DNA of 64,000 nucleotides from Candidatus Omnitrophota bacterium (lineage in GTDB: Bacteria > Omnitrophota > Gorgyraeia > Zapsychrales > Zapsychraceae), in the NCBI GenBank assembly GCA_035292445.1, contig DATDQB010000023.1:89533-153532 (forward strand), given 5' to 3'. The notes under the pieces are model-generated. The model ran no database searches. It was not told where the DNA came from and was given only the letters and a program-made list of their open reading frames with translations. Below are positions 18,716 to 28,599 of this stretch, piece by piece; position 1 is the stretch's first letter; every line of letters starts with the position of its first letter. Position numbers and translations under genes: made by a program.

Positions 18716-19369
18716 ATGCTATATATAATTTCCACCCCCATCGGTAATCTCAAAGACATTACCCTGCGTGCTATCGAGACGCTTAAGCACGTCGATTTGA
18801 TAGCCGCCGAAGACACGCGCCATACCAGAATTCTTTGTAAAGAATACGGGGTTGATGTGCCGTTAACGAGTTATTTCGAGCATAATCAATTTAAAAAAGG
18901 CGATTATATCATTGAGCAGCTAAAGCAAGGCAAGAACGTCGCGCTCGTGACGGACGCCGGCACGCCGGGCATCAGTGACCCTGGTTACAAATTAATTAAT
19001 CTCGCCAAACAAAATAACATTTCCATTACCGTTGTTCCCGGGCCCGCTGCGGTCGTCGCGGCGTTATCTTTTTCGGGTTATCCGAGCGACCGCTTTATCT
19101 TCGAAGGCTTCCTGCCGGTCAAGCCGGGGCAGCGGCGCAAAAAGCTCGAATCGTTAAAGGACGAAGAGCGCACCGTCATCTTTTATGAATCCCCGCATCG
19201 TTTGTTAAAATCGTTGAAAGACATCGAAGAGGTCTTGGACGACCCAAAAATTTTTATCGCGCGTGAGCTGACGAAAAAATTTGAAGAGGGTATTGAGGCA
19301 AAAGCGAGCGAGCTGATCAAACATTTCTCCCAGAAAGGCGTGAAGGGGGAGTTTGTTATTATATTGTAA
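18716..19369 (+). CDS. rsmI: 16S rRNA (cytidine1402-2'-O)-methyltransferase
   Basis: MLYIISTPIGNLKDITLRAIETLK...AAEDTRHT tetrapyrrole-methylase fold typical of RsmI. Confidence 0.9.
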   Translation: MLYIISTPIGNLKDITLRAIETLKHVDLIAAEDTRHTRILCKEYGVDVPLTSYFEHNQFKKGDYIIEQLKQGKNVALVTDAGTPGISDPGYKLINLAKQNNISITVVPGPAAVVAALSFSGYPSDRFIFEGFLPVKPGQRRKKLESLKDEERTVIFYESPHRLLKSLKDIEEVLDDPKIFIARELTKKFEEGIEAKASELIKHFSQKGVKGEFVIIL

Positions 19370-19380
19370 GGAGGTGAGCC

Positions 19381-19662
19381 ATGAGCTTATCGAACAGATT
19401 CGGGAAATTTCTCGATAAAACCAGGGAAGGCGAAGAGAAGCGCTGCTGGTTTTGCAACAAGACTGAGGAAGACATCAAAGGGGATTATTATAAATATATG
19501 ATGAAGTCGGAGGTTGAGTTTGACGATGTGCCTTTGGATGAGTTAATTATCATGACCGATAAGTTACAAAAGCCCGTTTGCGCCGGTTGTTATTTTAACA
19601 TCAAAGACAGCGTGGAATTGATCGAAGAGATTTTCAATAAGCCGGAGGATGAGGTTTGGTAA
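19381..19662 (+). CDS. Small zinc-ribbon protein (CxxC...CxxC), hypothetical
   Basis: CWFCNKTEED ... CAGCYFN. An RBS (aaggaggtg) is present. Confidence 0.5.
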   Translation: MSLSNRFGKFLDKTREGEEKRCWFCNKTEEDIKGDYYKYMMKSEVEFDDVPLDELIIMTDKLQKPVCAGCYFNIKDSVELIEEIFNKPEDEVW

Positions 19663-19757
19663 TTTTTTTGCCTTTTTTTAAAATTTCCATTTTTTCGCTT
19701 TGTCATTCCCCCAAGCTATGCAAGAATAGAAACGCTCAATAAAGGGGGTGATTTTCC

Positions 19758-20030
19758 GTGAAAAAGACATTCACAGTTTTGTTAGCGGTAGCGGTTCTTA
19801 TGGTATTTGCGGCGCCTGTTTTGGCGTCACCGGGAGAAAATCTTAAGGAAGGCCTTAAAACTTTCTTTATGTCGCCCAAGCAAATACCTGACAATATTCA
19901 AACGGAGTATGATAATAATGATAATAAGGTTCTGGCCGTTGTCGGCGGCGCCTTTAAGGGTCTATTCTATTTCGGAAAGGATCTTGTGGTCGGGGCGGCG
20001 CGCGTCCTGACTTTTCCAATAGACTGGTAG
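19758..20030 (+). CDS. Small secreted hypothetical protein (GTG start)
   Basis: Signal peptide KKTFTVLLAVAVLMVFAAPVLASP. RBS aaggggg. Confidence 0.45.
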   Translation: MKKTFTVLLAVAVLMVFAAPVLASPGENLKEGLKTFFMSPKQIPDNIQTEYDNNDNKVLAVVGGAFKGLFYFGKDLVVGAARVLTFPIDW

Positions 20031-20050
20031 ACAGATTCGTTAGTTAAGAA

Positions 20051-20084
20051 GGGGCAGTTTCAGGGTTGAAACTGCCCCTTTTTC
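20051..20084 (+). terminator. Rho-independent terminator
   Basis: ggggcagtttc agggtt gaaactgcccc followed by tttttc. Confidence 0.75.
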
Positions 20085-20102
20085 TTGTCATAATACCTCA
20101 AC

Positions 20103-20876
20103 ATGATGAAGCCAAATTCCCAGGAACAATCCAAAACAGATTTACATAAAACTCATACACGCTCTGCGATCCGCAGGCGCTTGGGGGCTGGGTATCAACA
20201 TAGTTATCTGAAAGATTTTATCTATGGCGCCATTGACGGCACGGTCACGACGTTCGCCGTTGTGAGCGGGGTCGCGGGTGCAGAGCTTTCGGGCAAGATC
20301 GTCATCATTTTGGGGATGGCGAATCTGTTGGGTGATGGCTTTAGTATGGCGGTGGGCAATTTCCTGGGTACCAAGACCGAGGCGCAGCAGCGCGAACAGG
20401 CCCGGCGTATGGAAGAAAACCATATTAAGGAAGTGCCTGAAGGCGAGCGTGAGGAGGTTCGCCAGATCTTTTCCAAAAAAGGATTCGAAGGGAAAGAGCT
20501 GGAAAGGGTCGTGGATGTTATTACCTCCGACAGAAAGCAGTGGATTGATACGATGATCCAGGAAGAGTTGGGCCTATCGTTGGGAGGCCCGTCCCCTTGG
20601 CGGGCGGCGTTCACCACCTTTGCGGCGTTTGTGTTGATAGGCTTCCTGCCGTTGGTTTCCTTTGTTCTCAAACTAGGCAACCCTCAGTGGATACTTGATC
20701 CGTTTACCGTAAGCACGGTCCTGACCGCTTTTGCTTTCTTTGTTATCGGCGCTCTGAAAGCCCGTTACATCGGCCAGGGCTGGGTCAAAGCGGGCTTGGA
20801 AACCCTTCTGATCGGTGGCTGCGCGGCCGCCCTTGCCTATACGGCTGGTGTGTTCTTAAAAGACATCGTTCAATGA
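20103..20876 (+). CDS. VIT1/CCC1-family iron/manganese transporter
   Basis: FIYGAIDGTVTTFAVVSGVAGAELS signature, a central soluble helical domain, and C-terminal TM helices. Confidence 0.8.
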   Translation: MMKPNSQEQSKTDLHKTHTRSAIRRRLGAGYQHSYLKDFIYGAIDGTVTTFAVVSGVAGAELSGKIVIILGMANLLGDGFSMAVGNFLGTKTEAQQREQARRMEENHIKEVPEGEREEVRQIFSKKGFEGKELERVVDVITSDRKQWIDTMIQEELGLSLGGPSPWRAAFTTFAAFVLIGFLPLVSFVLKLGNPQWILDPFTVSTVLTAFAFFVIGALKARYIGQGWVKAGLETLLIGGCAAALAYTAGVFLKDIVQ

Positions 20877-20957
20877 TTTTGGCGGCTGTCACCGGGATAA
20901 TTCCCTTGACAATCCCGCCAACAAGTGTTATATTTTTGGCAATCATTAACCTTTAAA

Positions 20958-21055
20958 ACGGTCCAGAGAGATCGTAAAGGGCAGGTAGATGAAGACTAAA
21001 AAGTTTCTCTACAATCAAATCAACACATCTCAAACGTACGGGGATGTGTTTTTTT
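20958..21055 (+). promoter_or_regulatory. PyrR-binding attenuator: binding-loop motif plus intrinsic terminator upstream of pyrR
   Basis: aacGGUCCAGAGAGAUcg at 20958-20974 matches the PyrR box consensus (UCCNGAGAGG-like). Downstream at 21023-21055 a hairpin acacatc..gatgtgt is followed by a T7 run. Confidence 0.65.
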
Positions 21056-21142
21056 GTGCCCACCGTTTCAAGCCGTAAGTCGTCGTAAGCCATAAGCCTT
21101 AAGGCTTAGAGCTTAGGGCTTAAGGCTCAACAGGAAAACAAA

Positions 21143-21694
21143 ATGATGAAACCCACTCAGATAATGGACAAAGACGCCGTTAACCGGGCGATCATGCGCC
21201 TTTCCCACGAGATCTTGGAGAAAAATAAAGGCATCAAGGACCTTTGTTTGATCGGCATCCGCACTCGCGGCGCCATTATCGCGGACCGGATTTACGCGTG
21301 CATCAAAAGAATCGAAGGCGTTGATGTGCCTGTCGGGATATTGGATATCACCCTTTACCGGGACGATCTTACGCTTATTTCCGCCCAGCCCGTTGTCCGC
21401 GAAACCCAGATCAATTTTGATATAACCGATAAGAAAGTCGTTTTGGTGGATGATGTGCTTTTTACTGGCCGCACGATCCGCGCGGCGTTGGACGCTTTGA
21501 TCGATTTCGGTCGACCTGCCAGCATTCAGCTGGCGGTACTGATCGACCGCGGGCACCGGGAACTACCTATCCGCGCCGAATATGTCGGTAAGAATATCCC
21601 GACATCCCTTGATCAGAATGTCAAGGTGATGCTTGAAGAGATTGACGGAAACGACGACAAAGTGATCATTGAGGTGAGAGAAAATGGGGATTGA
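21143..21694 (+). CDS. pyrR: Bifunctional pyrimidine operon regulator / uracil phosphoribosyltransferase
   Basis: LIGIRTRGA and the [21 protein letters not shown] PRTase motif. Confidence 0.9.
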   Translation: MMKPTQIMDKDAVNRAIMRLSHEILEKNKGIKDLCLIGIRTRGAIIADRIYACIKRIEGVDVPVGILDITLYRDDLTLISAQPVVRETQINFDITDKKVVLVDDVLFTGRTIRAALDALIDFGRPASIQLAVLIDRGHRELPIRAEYVGKNIPTSLDQNVKVMLEEIDGNDDKVIIEVRENGD

Positions 21695-22703
21695 GTGGAA
21701 GAAAAAAGACCTGTTGGGCTTGGAGACACTAAGTAAAGAAGAAATTGAAATGGTCTTGGAGACCGCCAAGTCTTTTAAGGAAGTTTCCACTCGCGACGTT
21801 AAAAAAGTTCCTGCCCTGCGAGGGAAAACAGTCGTATCCTTATTTTTTGAGGACTCAACGCGCACCCGCGCTTCTTTTGAGCTGGCCGCCAAGCGGCTTT
21901 CCGCCGATACGATCAATATCGCTGCCAAAGGAAGCTCGCTTTCCAAAGGCGAGACGATCTTGGATATGGCCAAAAATATGCAGGCGATGAATGTGAATGC
22001 CATCATCGTGCGGCATTCCTCCTCCGGCGTGCCGAAATTATTGGCGGAGAATCTGGAGGCGGCCGTTATCAACGCCGGCGACGGTTGCCGGGAACATCCC
22101 ACCCAAGCTTTGCTCGATATGTTCACCATCAAAGAAAAGTTAGGGGAGATCAAGGGGAAAAAGGTCGCTATTATCGGCGATATTTTGCATTCACGGGTAG
22201 CGCGTTCCAACATTTGGGGCTTGACCAAATTGGGGGCACAGGTAACCGTTTGCGGGCCCTCGACCTTGATGCCCATCGGCATAGAAAAGCTTGGCGTTAA
22301 AGTAACGCATAGTTTGAATGAGTGCATAGCTGAAAGTGATGTGCTCATGCTCTTGCGCATCCAGCTGGAGAGGCAACGGGATAAATTCCTGCCGTCGTTG
22401 CGCGAATACGCCAAAGAATTTGGGATCAATAAAGAAAAACTTAAAAAGGCCAAGAAAAACGTTTTGATCATGCATCCGGGGCCGACGAACCGGGGGTTGG
22501 AGTTGTCCGCTGATGTGGCCGACGGGGAATATTCGGTGATCCTCGATCAGGTCACCAACGGGATCGCCATCCGTATGGCCATATTGTATTTATTGTTGGC
22601 TGGGAAAGCACCGACGCTCGCTCTCGCTCGGTCGGTGTCCCGACCGAATCCGCCTTCGGCGGATAAGCGTCGGGAAAGGTTATCGACCGAAGGAGAAAGT
22701 TAA
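21684..22703 (+). CDS. pyrB: Aspartate carbamoyltransferase catalytic subunit (with about a 30-aa C-terminal extension)
   Basis: STRTR carbamoyl-phosphate motif ([12 protein letters not shown]), HPTQ, and HPGP. Confidence 0.9.
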   Translation: MGIEWKKKDLLGLETLSKEEIEMVLETAKSFKEVSTRDVKKVPALRGKTVVSLFFEDSTRTRASFELAAKRLSADTINIAAKGSSLSKGETILDMAKNMQAMNVNAIIVRHSSSGVPKLLAENLEAAVINAGDGCREHPTQALLDMFTIKEKLGEIKGKKVAIIGDILHSRVARSNIWGLTKLGAQVTVCGPSTLMPIGIEKLGVKVTHSLNECIAESDVLMLLRIQLERQRDKFLPSLREYAKEFGINKEKLKKAKKNVLIMHPGPTNRGLELSADVADGEYSVILDQVTNGIAIRMAILYLLLAGKAPTLALARSVSRPNPPSADKRRERLSTEGES

Positions 22704-23980
22704 TGGCGCTACTCATTAAGAACGCAATCATTGTGAACGCGGAAAGAATGGAGAAAAAGCCGCAGGATATCTTGCTTGATAAGGGGAAGATCGTCAAGAT
22801 TGGCACATCTCTTAAGGAAAGCGGCGTAAAAACGATCGATGCCAAGGGCAAGCTGGTGATGCCGGGATTGATCGATATCCATGTCCATTTCCGCCAGCCC
22901 GGAATGGAAGATAAAGAGACCATTGAAACAGGCTCCAAAGCGGCTGTCAAAGGCGGGTTTACGACCGTTATGTGCATGCCCAATACTCATCCGGTCATTG
23001 ATAATGCAATGATCGTGGAGGCGATTCTTGAGGAAGCCAAGCGGGTAGGTTTATGCAATGTGATTCCTATCGGAGCCATCAGTAGGGGCCAGAAGGACGA
23101 AGAGCTGGTGGATATGTTTGAATTGAAACAAGCCGGGTGCCTGGCATTATCGGATGACGGTAAATCTGTGGTCAACAGCCAATTAATGCGTATGGCCATG
23201 CAGTATGCCAAAATGACCGGGTTGCTTTTGATCGAGCACTGCCAAGATCCTCTATTATCCAGCGGCGGGGTGATGAACGAAGGGGATGTTTCAACCGTGT
23301 TGGGGTTAAAGGGTGACCCAGGTATCGCCGAAACGGTTATTGTGGCCCGCGACATAGAACTAGCCAATTATTTAAAGGCCAGGGTCCATTTGGCCCACAT
23401 GAGCCTGCGCCGCAGCATTGAGCTTATCCGACAGGCTAAAAAAGAGGGGATCCAAGTGACAGCTGAGGCTTGCCCGCATCATTTTACCCTCACGGAGGAG
23501 TCGGTTAAGACATTTAGTACCAGCGCCAAGGTCAACCCGCCTTTACGCACAGCGGATGACGTGGAAGCCATAAAAGAAGGCTTAAAAGACGGTACCATTG
23601 ACTGTATCGTAACGGATCACGCCCCCCACACAAAAGAAGATAAAGAAGTCGAGTTTGACCACGCCCCTAACGGCCTGATCGGGCTAGAAACCTCTGTGGG
23701 CTTGACCGTTTCTCAGTTGGTGGATAAGGGGGTATTAACCTGGGAAGGGATGGTTGAGAAAATGTCAGCCGCGCCTGCCAGGATTATTGGGCTGAAAAGC
23801 AAAGGCGTTATTAAAGAAGGCGCTGATGCCGATATCACTATTATTGATCCTGATAGGGAATGGGTATTTAAAGAAGAAGACATAGCTTCTAAGTCCAAAA
23901 ATTCCCCTTTCATAGGATGGAAACTGAAGGGGTATGTGGATTACACGATTTTTGATGGTAAGGTAGTTTATGAAGGCTAG
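22703..23980 (+). CDS. pyrC: Dihydroorotase
   Basis: PGLIDIHVHFRQPG metal-binding motif. DHAPH. Length 425 aa. Confidence 0.9.
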   Translation: MALLIKNAIIVNAERMEKKPQDILLDKGKIVKIGTSLKESGVKTIDAKGKLVMPGLIDIHVHFRQPGMEDKETIETGSKAAVKGGFTTVMCMPNTHPVIDNAMIVEAILEEAKRVGLCNVIPIGAISRGQKDEELVDMFELKQAGCLALSDDGKSVVNSQLMRMAMQYAKMTGLLLIEHCQDPLLSSGGVMNEGDVSTVLGLKGDPGIAETVIVARDIELANYLKARVHLAHMSLRRSIELIRQAKKEGIQVTAEACPHHFTLTEESVKTFSTSAKVNPPLRTADDVEAIKEGLKDGTIDCIVTDHAPHTKEDKEVEFDHAPNGLIGLETSVGLTVSQLVDKGVLTWEGMVEKMSAAPARIIGLKSKGVIKEGADADITIIDPDREWVFKEEDIASKSKNSPFIGWKLKGYVDYTIFDGKVVYEG

Positions 23981-24166
23981 GGTATCAGATATGGTTTGCC
24001 ACAAAATTGACACAATATATTGTGGTTTTTCCACATATTATGCACAATTTGTGGATAACTATAAAAGGGAGTAAATAGCCCATAATTTATCATAATTTTG
24101 GCTTAAATTACATGTGGAAAACCATAAATATATATATTTTAGTATATAAAATGGAACAAAACAACC

Positions 24167-24712
24167 ATGAATATTTTTGAGAAAATAGCCAAATTTTGGC
24201 CAAAAATAAGCCAGAAAACCGGGAAAATAAGCGGCCAAATGGTCACGATCTCGGTAATTGGCGGAAGTACGATAGATTCTAATGTGGAGCAATTAGCCTA
24301 TAAAATAGGGAAAATAGTGGCTAAAGTGGGGGCTATTCTCGTTTGTGGAGGCTTAGGAGGGGCTATGGAGGCGGCAGCCAGAGGTGCTAAAGAGGCTGGC
24401 GGGTTAACGATCGGGATCCTTCCAGGCCGTGATAAATCGGATGCCAATCCTTTCATTGATATAGCGCTACCTACTACCATTGGTTATGCCCGAAATGTCA
24501 TTGTGGCCGCATCAGCCAATATCATCATTGCCCTTCCCGGAAGCGATGGAACAAGCTCAGAGGTCTCTTTTGGGGTGGTTTACAAGCGGCCGATCATTGA
24601 TTTGGGCAATTGGAACCGCGAAGGCACCATCAAGGTCAATAATGTGGCCGAAGCGGAAGAGAAAGTAAAAGAGTTAATAGAAAAAATAAAGAATGAAAGT
24701 GCGCCTATTTAG
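24167..24712 (+). CDS. TIGR00725/LOG-family (SLOG) Rossmann-fold protein embedded in the pyr operon
   Basis: VCGGLGGAMEAAARGAKEAGGLTIGILPG ... ALPGSDGTSSE, typical of LOG/DprA-like nucleotide-binding proteins. Confidence 0.65.
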   Translation: MNIFEKIAKFWPKISQKTGKISGQMVTISVIGGSTIDSNVEQLAYKIGKIVAKVGAILVCGGLGGAMEAAARGAKEAGGLTIGILPGRDKSDANPFIDIALPTTIGYARNVIVAASANIIIALPGSDGTSSEVSFGVVYKRPIIDLGNWNREGTIKVNNVAEAEEKVKELIEKIKNESAPI

Positions 24713-24721
24713 CGCTGACCG

Positions 24722-25534
24722 ATGCCTGAACTGCCTGAAGTCGAAACCATTCGTTTAGACCTCCAAAAAGTCCTTCCAGGCCTTAGAATCACCGATATTT
24801 CCGTTTACGATCAACGTATCCTTAAAACCAACGACCAACCCACCTTTATTAAGGAAATCAAAGACAAAACCATTCAATCTGTGAGCCGGCGCGGCAAGAT
24901 GATTGTGATGCCCTTTAAAGAAGGCGGGTATCTGCTGGTTCATCTTAAAATGACGGGCCAGCTTATTTACGGGCAAAGACTAAAATTAAAGGAAACTAAG
25001 CTGGTTTTTGGGCTTTCTGATGGAAATCATTTAAATTACAATGATCAACGCCTTTTTGGCCGGCTTTCTTTCGTTCAGCAACTTAATGACGATGCGTTTT
25101 TAAGGGAAATTGGCCCGGAGCCTTTGGAAGCTTCTTTTAACGAAGACTGGATCAAAGGGCAACTTAAGCGTCGGCGTATTCCCATCAAGACGTTTCTTCT
25201 CAACCAGAATTTTATCGCCGGCATCGGCAATATTTATGCCAGTGAAATTCTTTTTGACGCACGCATTAATCCTACAAAGGCGGCCCGGCGCCTGACGCGC
25301 GAAGAGATCGCTTCCTTGCGGCATTCAACGGTCCATGTTCTAAAAAAGGCTATTAAATACCGCGGTACGAGCATGCGCAATTATCGCGATTCAAATGGTG
25401 AAAAAGGTCGTTTTATCAACCGCATAAAAGTATATAATAAGGAACATGAGTCTTGTCCGATTTGTCACAGCGAAATTAAGCGTATTGTGCAAAACGGACG
25501 GAGCACATTTTTCTGTCAACGCTGCCAGCATTGA
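24722..25534 (+). CDS. mutM: Formamidopyrimidine-DNA glycosylase
   Basis: N-terminal MPELPEVE. H2TH. C-terminal zinc finger CPICHSEIKRIVQNGRSTFFCQRCQ. Confidence 0.9.
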   Translation: MPELPEVETIRLDLQKVLPGLRITDISVYDQRILKTNDQPTFIKEIKDKTIQSVSRRGKMIVMPFKEGGYLLVHLKMTGQLIYGQRLKLKETKLVFGLSDGNHLNYNDQRLFGRLSFVQQLNDDAFLREIGPEPLEASFNEDWIKGQLKRRRIPIKTFLLNQNFIAGIGNIYASEILFDARINPTKAARRLTREEIASLRHSTVHVLKKAIKYRGTSMRNYRDSNGEKGRFINRIKVYNKEHESCPICHSEIKRIVQNGRSTFFCQRCQH

Positions 25535-25537
25535 GTT

Positions 25538-26317
25538 ATGCCCAAACTGCAAAACATCTTTAAGGTCATCTCCAACGAAAAGCTTTGCCCGAAGTTTTAT
25601 CGGCTGTGCATCGATGCCAAACCCATCTTAAAAGACATTTTGCCTGGCCAGTTTGTCCATCTGCGCACCTCAAACGGGCTGGAACCTTTCTTCCGTCGGC
25701 CCTTTAGCGTTTATCGTGCCGTAAAATATGTGGAAGTATTCTATGAAGCGGTTGGCTTGGGCACACAACAGATGTCCCGGATGAAAAAAGGGGATACCAT
25801 CGATGTGTTGGGCCCCGTAGGCACGCCATTTACGTTACCGGGGCCTGATATTAAAGAAGTTGTGATGATCGCCGGTGGCATCGGCATCGCGCCGTTTTTG
25901 ATCCTTTCGGATGTATTGAAAAAAAGAAAAGATCTGCAGCTGACGCTTCTTTACGGTGGGCGCACCGGCGGGCATGTTTATCCGATGAAAGAGTTCAAAC
26001 AAAACGGGGTCAGGATCCACATCGCCACCGATGACGGCAGCCGTGGCGTCAAGGGAAGGGTGAATAAACTTTTTGATAGAATTAAGCCCGATCCCAAGAC
26101 AACGATTGTTTATACCTGTGGGCCGAACCCGATGATGGCGGTTGTCCAGGAATTTGCCAAAAAGCACAGCCTTAAAGGAGAGGCTGCCTGCGAAGAAGTG
26201 ATGGCCTGCGCCCTGGGCGCGTGTTTGGGATGTTCTATCAGGACAACAAAAGGGTTTAAAACGGTCTGTTACGACGGGCCGGTTTTCAATTTGAATGAAG
26301 TGATATTTGATCACTGA
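25538..26317 (+). CDS. pyrK: Dihydroorotate dehydrogenase electron-transfer subunit
   Basis: FAD/NAD-binding ferredoxin-reductase fold (RPFSV, GGIGIAP). C-terminal 2Fe-2S cluster Cys (CEEVMACALGACLGC). Confidence 0.85.
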   Translation: MPKLQNIFKVISNEKLCPKFYRLCIDAKPILKDILPGQFVHLRTSNGLEPFFRRPFSVYRAVKYVEVFYEAVGLGTQQMSRMKKGDTIDVLGPVGTPFTLPGPDIKEVVMIAGGIGIAPFLILSDVLKKRKDLQLTLLYGGRTGGHVYPMKEFKQNGVRIHIATDDGSRGVKGRVNKLFDRIKPDPKTTIVYTCGPNPMMAVVQEFAKKHSLKGEAACEEVMACALGACLGCSIRTTKGFKTVCYDGPVFNLNEVIFDH

Positions 26318-26335
26318 GGAAAAGGGGGGGGCGTC

Positions 26336-26692
26336 ATGTTTATCATTTTATGTATCCTTATCGGGTTGGTCGCGGGAGTTGTTGGCGGCGCGTTGGGTTT
26401 GGGCGGCGGGGCGGTCATGGTCCCGGCCATGATCCTTCTTTTCGGGCTGACGCAGCATCAGGCGCAGGGAACGGCGTTGGCGGTCATGATGATACCCGTT
26501 TTTATCCCGGCCGTTTTACGCTATTACAGCGCGGGTAACGTCAAAGTGCAGATGGCCGTATTTATTGCGGTCGGTTTTATCATAGGGGCACTTGCCGGAG
26601 CGCATTATGTTCAAAGCCTGCCCGAGCAGACGTTAAGAAAGCTCTTTGGGGCGTTCGTGATCTTAATAGGTTTGAAAATGATGGTTAAATAA
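26336..26692 (+). CDS. Half-size TauE/SafE (TSUP) family membrane protein
   Basis: Four predicted TM helices. GLGGGAVMVPAM motif. Confidence 0.6.
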   Translation: MFIILCILIGLVAGVVGGALGLGGGAVMVPAMILLFGLTQHQAQGTALAVMMIPVFIPAVLRYYSAGNVKVQMAVFIAVGFIIGALAGAHYVQSLPEQTLRKLFGAFVILIGLKMMVK

Positions 26693-26696
26693 ATAT

Positions 26697-27611
26697 ATGA
26701 ATTTATCAGTTAAAATCGGGTCTGCAACATTCAATAACCCCGTGACGGTCGCCTCCGGGACCTTCGGGCATGCGGAGAAGTATTATGATTTGGAAGAAGT
26801 CAAGAAGCTCGGTGCGATCGTCCCTAAGACCGTCACCCTTTATGCGCAGGAAGGCAACCCGCCGCAGCGCATCGTTGAAACGCCTTCGGGGATGCTAAAT
26901 GCCATCGGCATCGAAAATCCCGGGGCGGATGGGTTTATCAAAAATAAATTACCTTCTTTTAAAAAGATCGGTGTGCCGTTGATCATCAGCATTTTAGGTC
27001 ACAATGATGATCAGTTTGAACAGCTGGCGAAAAAATTTAATGATGTTGAGGGGATTTCGGCTATTGAATTGAATTTATCATGTCCCAATTTGGGCCATAA
27101 GGTCTTGGTGGCGCAGGACCCGCAGGCCACCCACCGGCTTGTCAGCAAAATGAAAAGTATTTTACGCTATCCGGTCATCGCCAAACTCTCCCCCGATGTG
27201 ACCGATATTAAGGAGATCGCCAAAGCGGCCGAAGATGCCGGCGCAGACGGGATAAGTTTGATCAACACATTTACCGCAATGGTGATCGATGTAAAAACGC
27301 GCAGATCCGTACTTGGTAATTTTACAGGGGGCTTAAGCGGTCCCGCGATCCGCCCAGCGGCGGTACGGATGGTCTATGATGTGGCTAAGACGGTCAAAGT
27401 GCCGGTTATCGGCATGGGCGGTATCATGACCGCGCAGGATGCGTTGCAGTTCTTGATCGCCGGGGCGAGCATGGTGGCCGTCGGCACGGCCAATTTTGTC
27501 AATCCGCGCGCGCCGTTGGAGGTGATCGAAGGGATTAAGGAATACATGCGGGAAAACAAAATGAAAGATATCAAAGAGCTTATAGGAAGTATTAATAACA
27601 AAAATGCCTGA
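26697..27611 (+). CDS. pyrD: Dihydroorotate dehydrogenase catalytic subunit (class 1B)
   Basis: NPVTVASGTFG, ELNLSCPN, GGI..AQDA motifs. Confidence 0.9.
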   Translation: MNLSVKIGSATFNNPVTVASGTFGHAEKYYDLEEVKKLGAIVPKTVTLYAQEGNPPQRIVETPSGMLNAIGIENPGADGFIKNKLPSFKKIGVPLIISILGHNDDQFEQLAKKFNDVEGISAIELNLSCPNLGHKVLVAQDPQATHRLVSKMKSILRYPVIAKLSPDVTDIKEIAKAAEDAGADGISLINTFTAMVIDVKTRRSVLGNFTGGLSGPAIRPAAVRMVYDVAKTVKVPVIGMGGIMTAQDALQFLIAGASMVAVGTANFVNPRAPLEVIEGIKEYMRENKMKDIKELIGSINNKNA

Positions 27612-28347
27612 TAAACCCCAATTGATCGTTGCGTTGGATGTCGACACCTTTGATGAGGCCAGAATTTTGATCGATTCGTTAGCCTCGGTTGTCGATATAT
27701 TTAAGGTAGGCAGCCAGCTTTTTACCGCCTGCGGCCCTGTCGTTGTCCGGCACGTCTTGGCGCGAGGCAAAAAAGTCTTTTTAGACCTTAAGTATCACGA
27801 TATTCCCAACACGGTCGCTAATGCCGTCTCTGCCGCGGTCGCTTTAAGCGCATCTGTTCATGAAGTTTTGGATGAAAAGGGGAAAAAGAAAGACGCAAAG
27901 CAGGGTTTATTTATGATGACGGTCCATATCCAAGGGGGGGAGGAAATGTTAAAGATGGCTGTTGAGGCAGCGACCAAGGCCGCTCAAGATATTAAAGTGA
28001 CGAAGCCTTTCCTCGTGGGGATTACTGTCTTGACAAGTGATGAAAAGACCGATAACATACGTACCCTTGTTTTAGAACGAGCGAGATTGGCTAAGGCTTG
28101 CGGCCTGGATGGGGTCGTCGCTTCTTGTGAAGAAGCGGAATTCATACGCAAGGAATTCGGCAAAGATTTTCTTATCGTGACTCCCGGTATCCGTCCCGCC
28201 GGAGCCCAAGCGCAGGATCAAAAAAGGGTAGCCACGCCACGAGAGGCAGTTTTAAGCGGAAGCGATTTTCTTGTGGTCGGCCGGCCGGTTGTTAAAGCCG
28301 CTAATCCTCTACAGGCCGCAAAAGAGATTCTCAAAGAGATGGGCTAA
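27604..28347 (+). CDS. pyrF: Orotidine 5'-phosphate decarboxylase
   Basis: LIVALDV, FLDLKYHDIPNTV. Confidence 0.9.
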   Translation: MPDKPQLIVALDVDTFDEARILIDSLASVVDIFKVGSQLFTACGPVVVRHVLARGKKVFLDLKYHDIPNTVANAVSAAVALSASVHEVLDEKGKKKDAKQGLFMMTVHIQGGEEMLKMAVEAATKAAQDIKVTKPFLVGITVLTSDEKTDNIRTLVLERARLAKACGLDGVVASCEEAEFIRKEFGKDFLIVTPGIRPAGAQAQDQKRVATPREAVLSGSDFLVVGRPVVKAANPLQAAKEILKEMG

Positions 28348-28388
28348 GTTGAGTTTTGGGCGGTTAGCTTAAGCCCCAAAGTTTTTTC

Positions 28389-28465
28389 GGGGGATTAGCT
28401 CAGTTGGTTAGAGCGTCTGACTTACATTCAGAAGGTCGAGGGTTCGATCCCTTCATCCCCCACCA
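28389..28465 (+). tRNA. tRNA-Val (anticodon UAC), CCA encoded
   Basis: Hand-folded cloverleaf: acceptor gggggat/atccccc; anticodon stem tctga/tcaga with loop ctTACat; T-arm gaggg ttcgatc ccttc. Confidence 0.8.
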
Positions 28466-28521
28466 TTTAAAAAAATCTTTACAAAGTTATTTGGGTAAAT
28501 TAGACTAAGTATCAATTTTAG

Positions 28522-28599
28522 GGGGTCGTGGTGTAGCCCGGTTAACATGTCAGCTTGTCACGCTGAAGATCGCGAGTTCAAATCTCGTCGACCCCGCCA
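28522..28599 (+). tRNA. tRNA-Asp (anticodon GUC), CCA encoded
   Basis: Acceptor ggggtcg/cgacccc; anticodon stem tcagc/gctga with loop ttGTCac; T-arm gcgag ttcaaat ctcgt. Confidence 0.8.
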
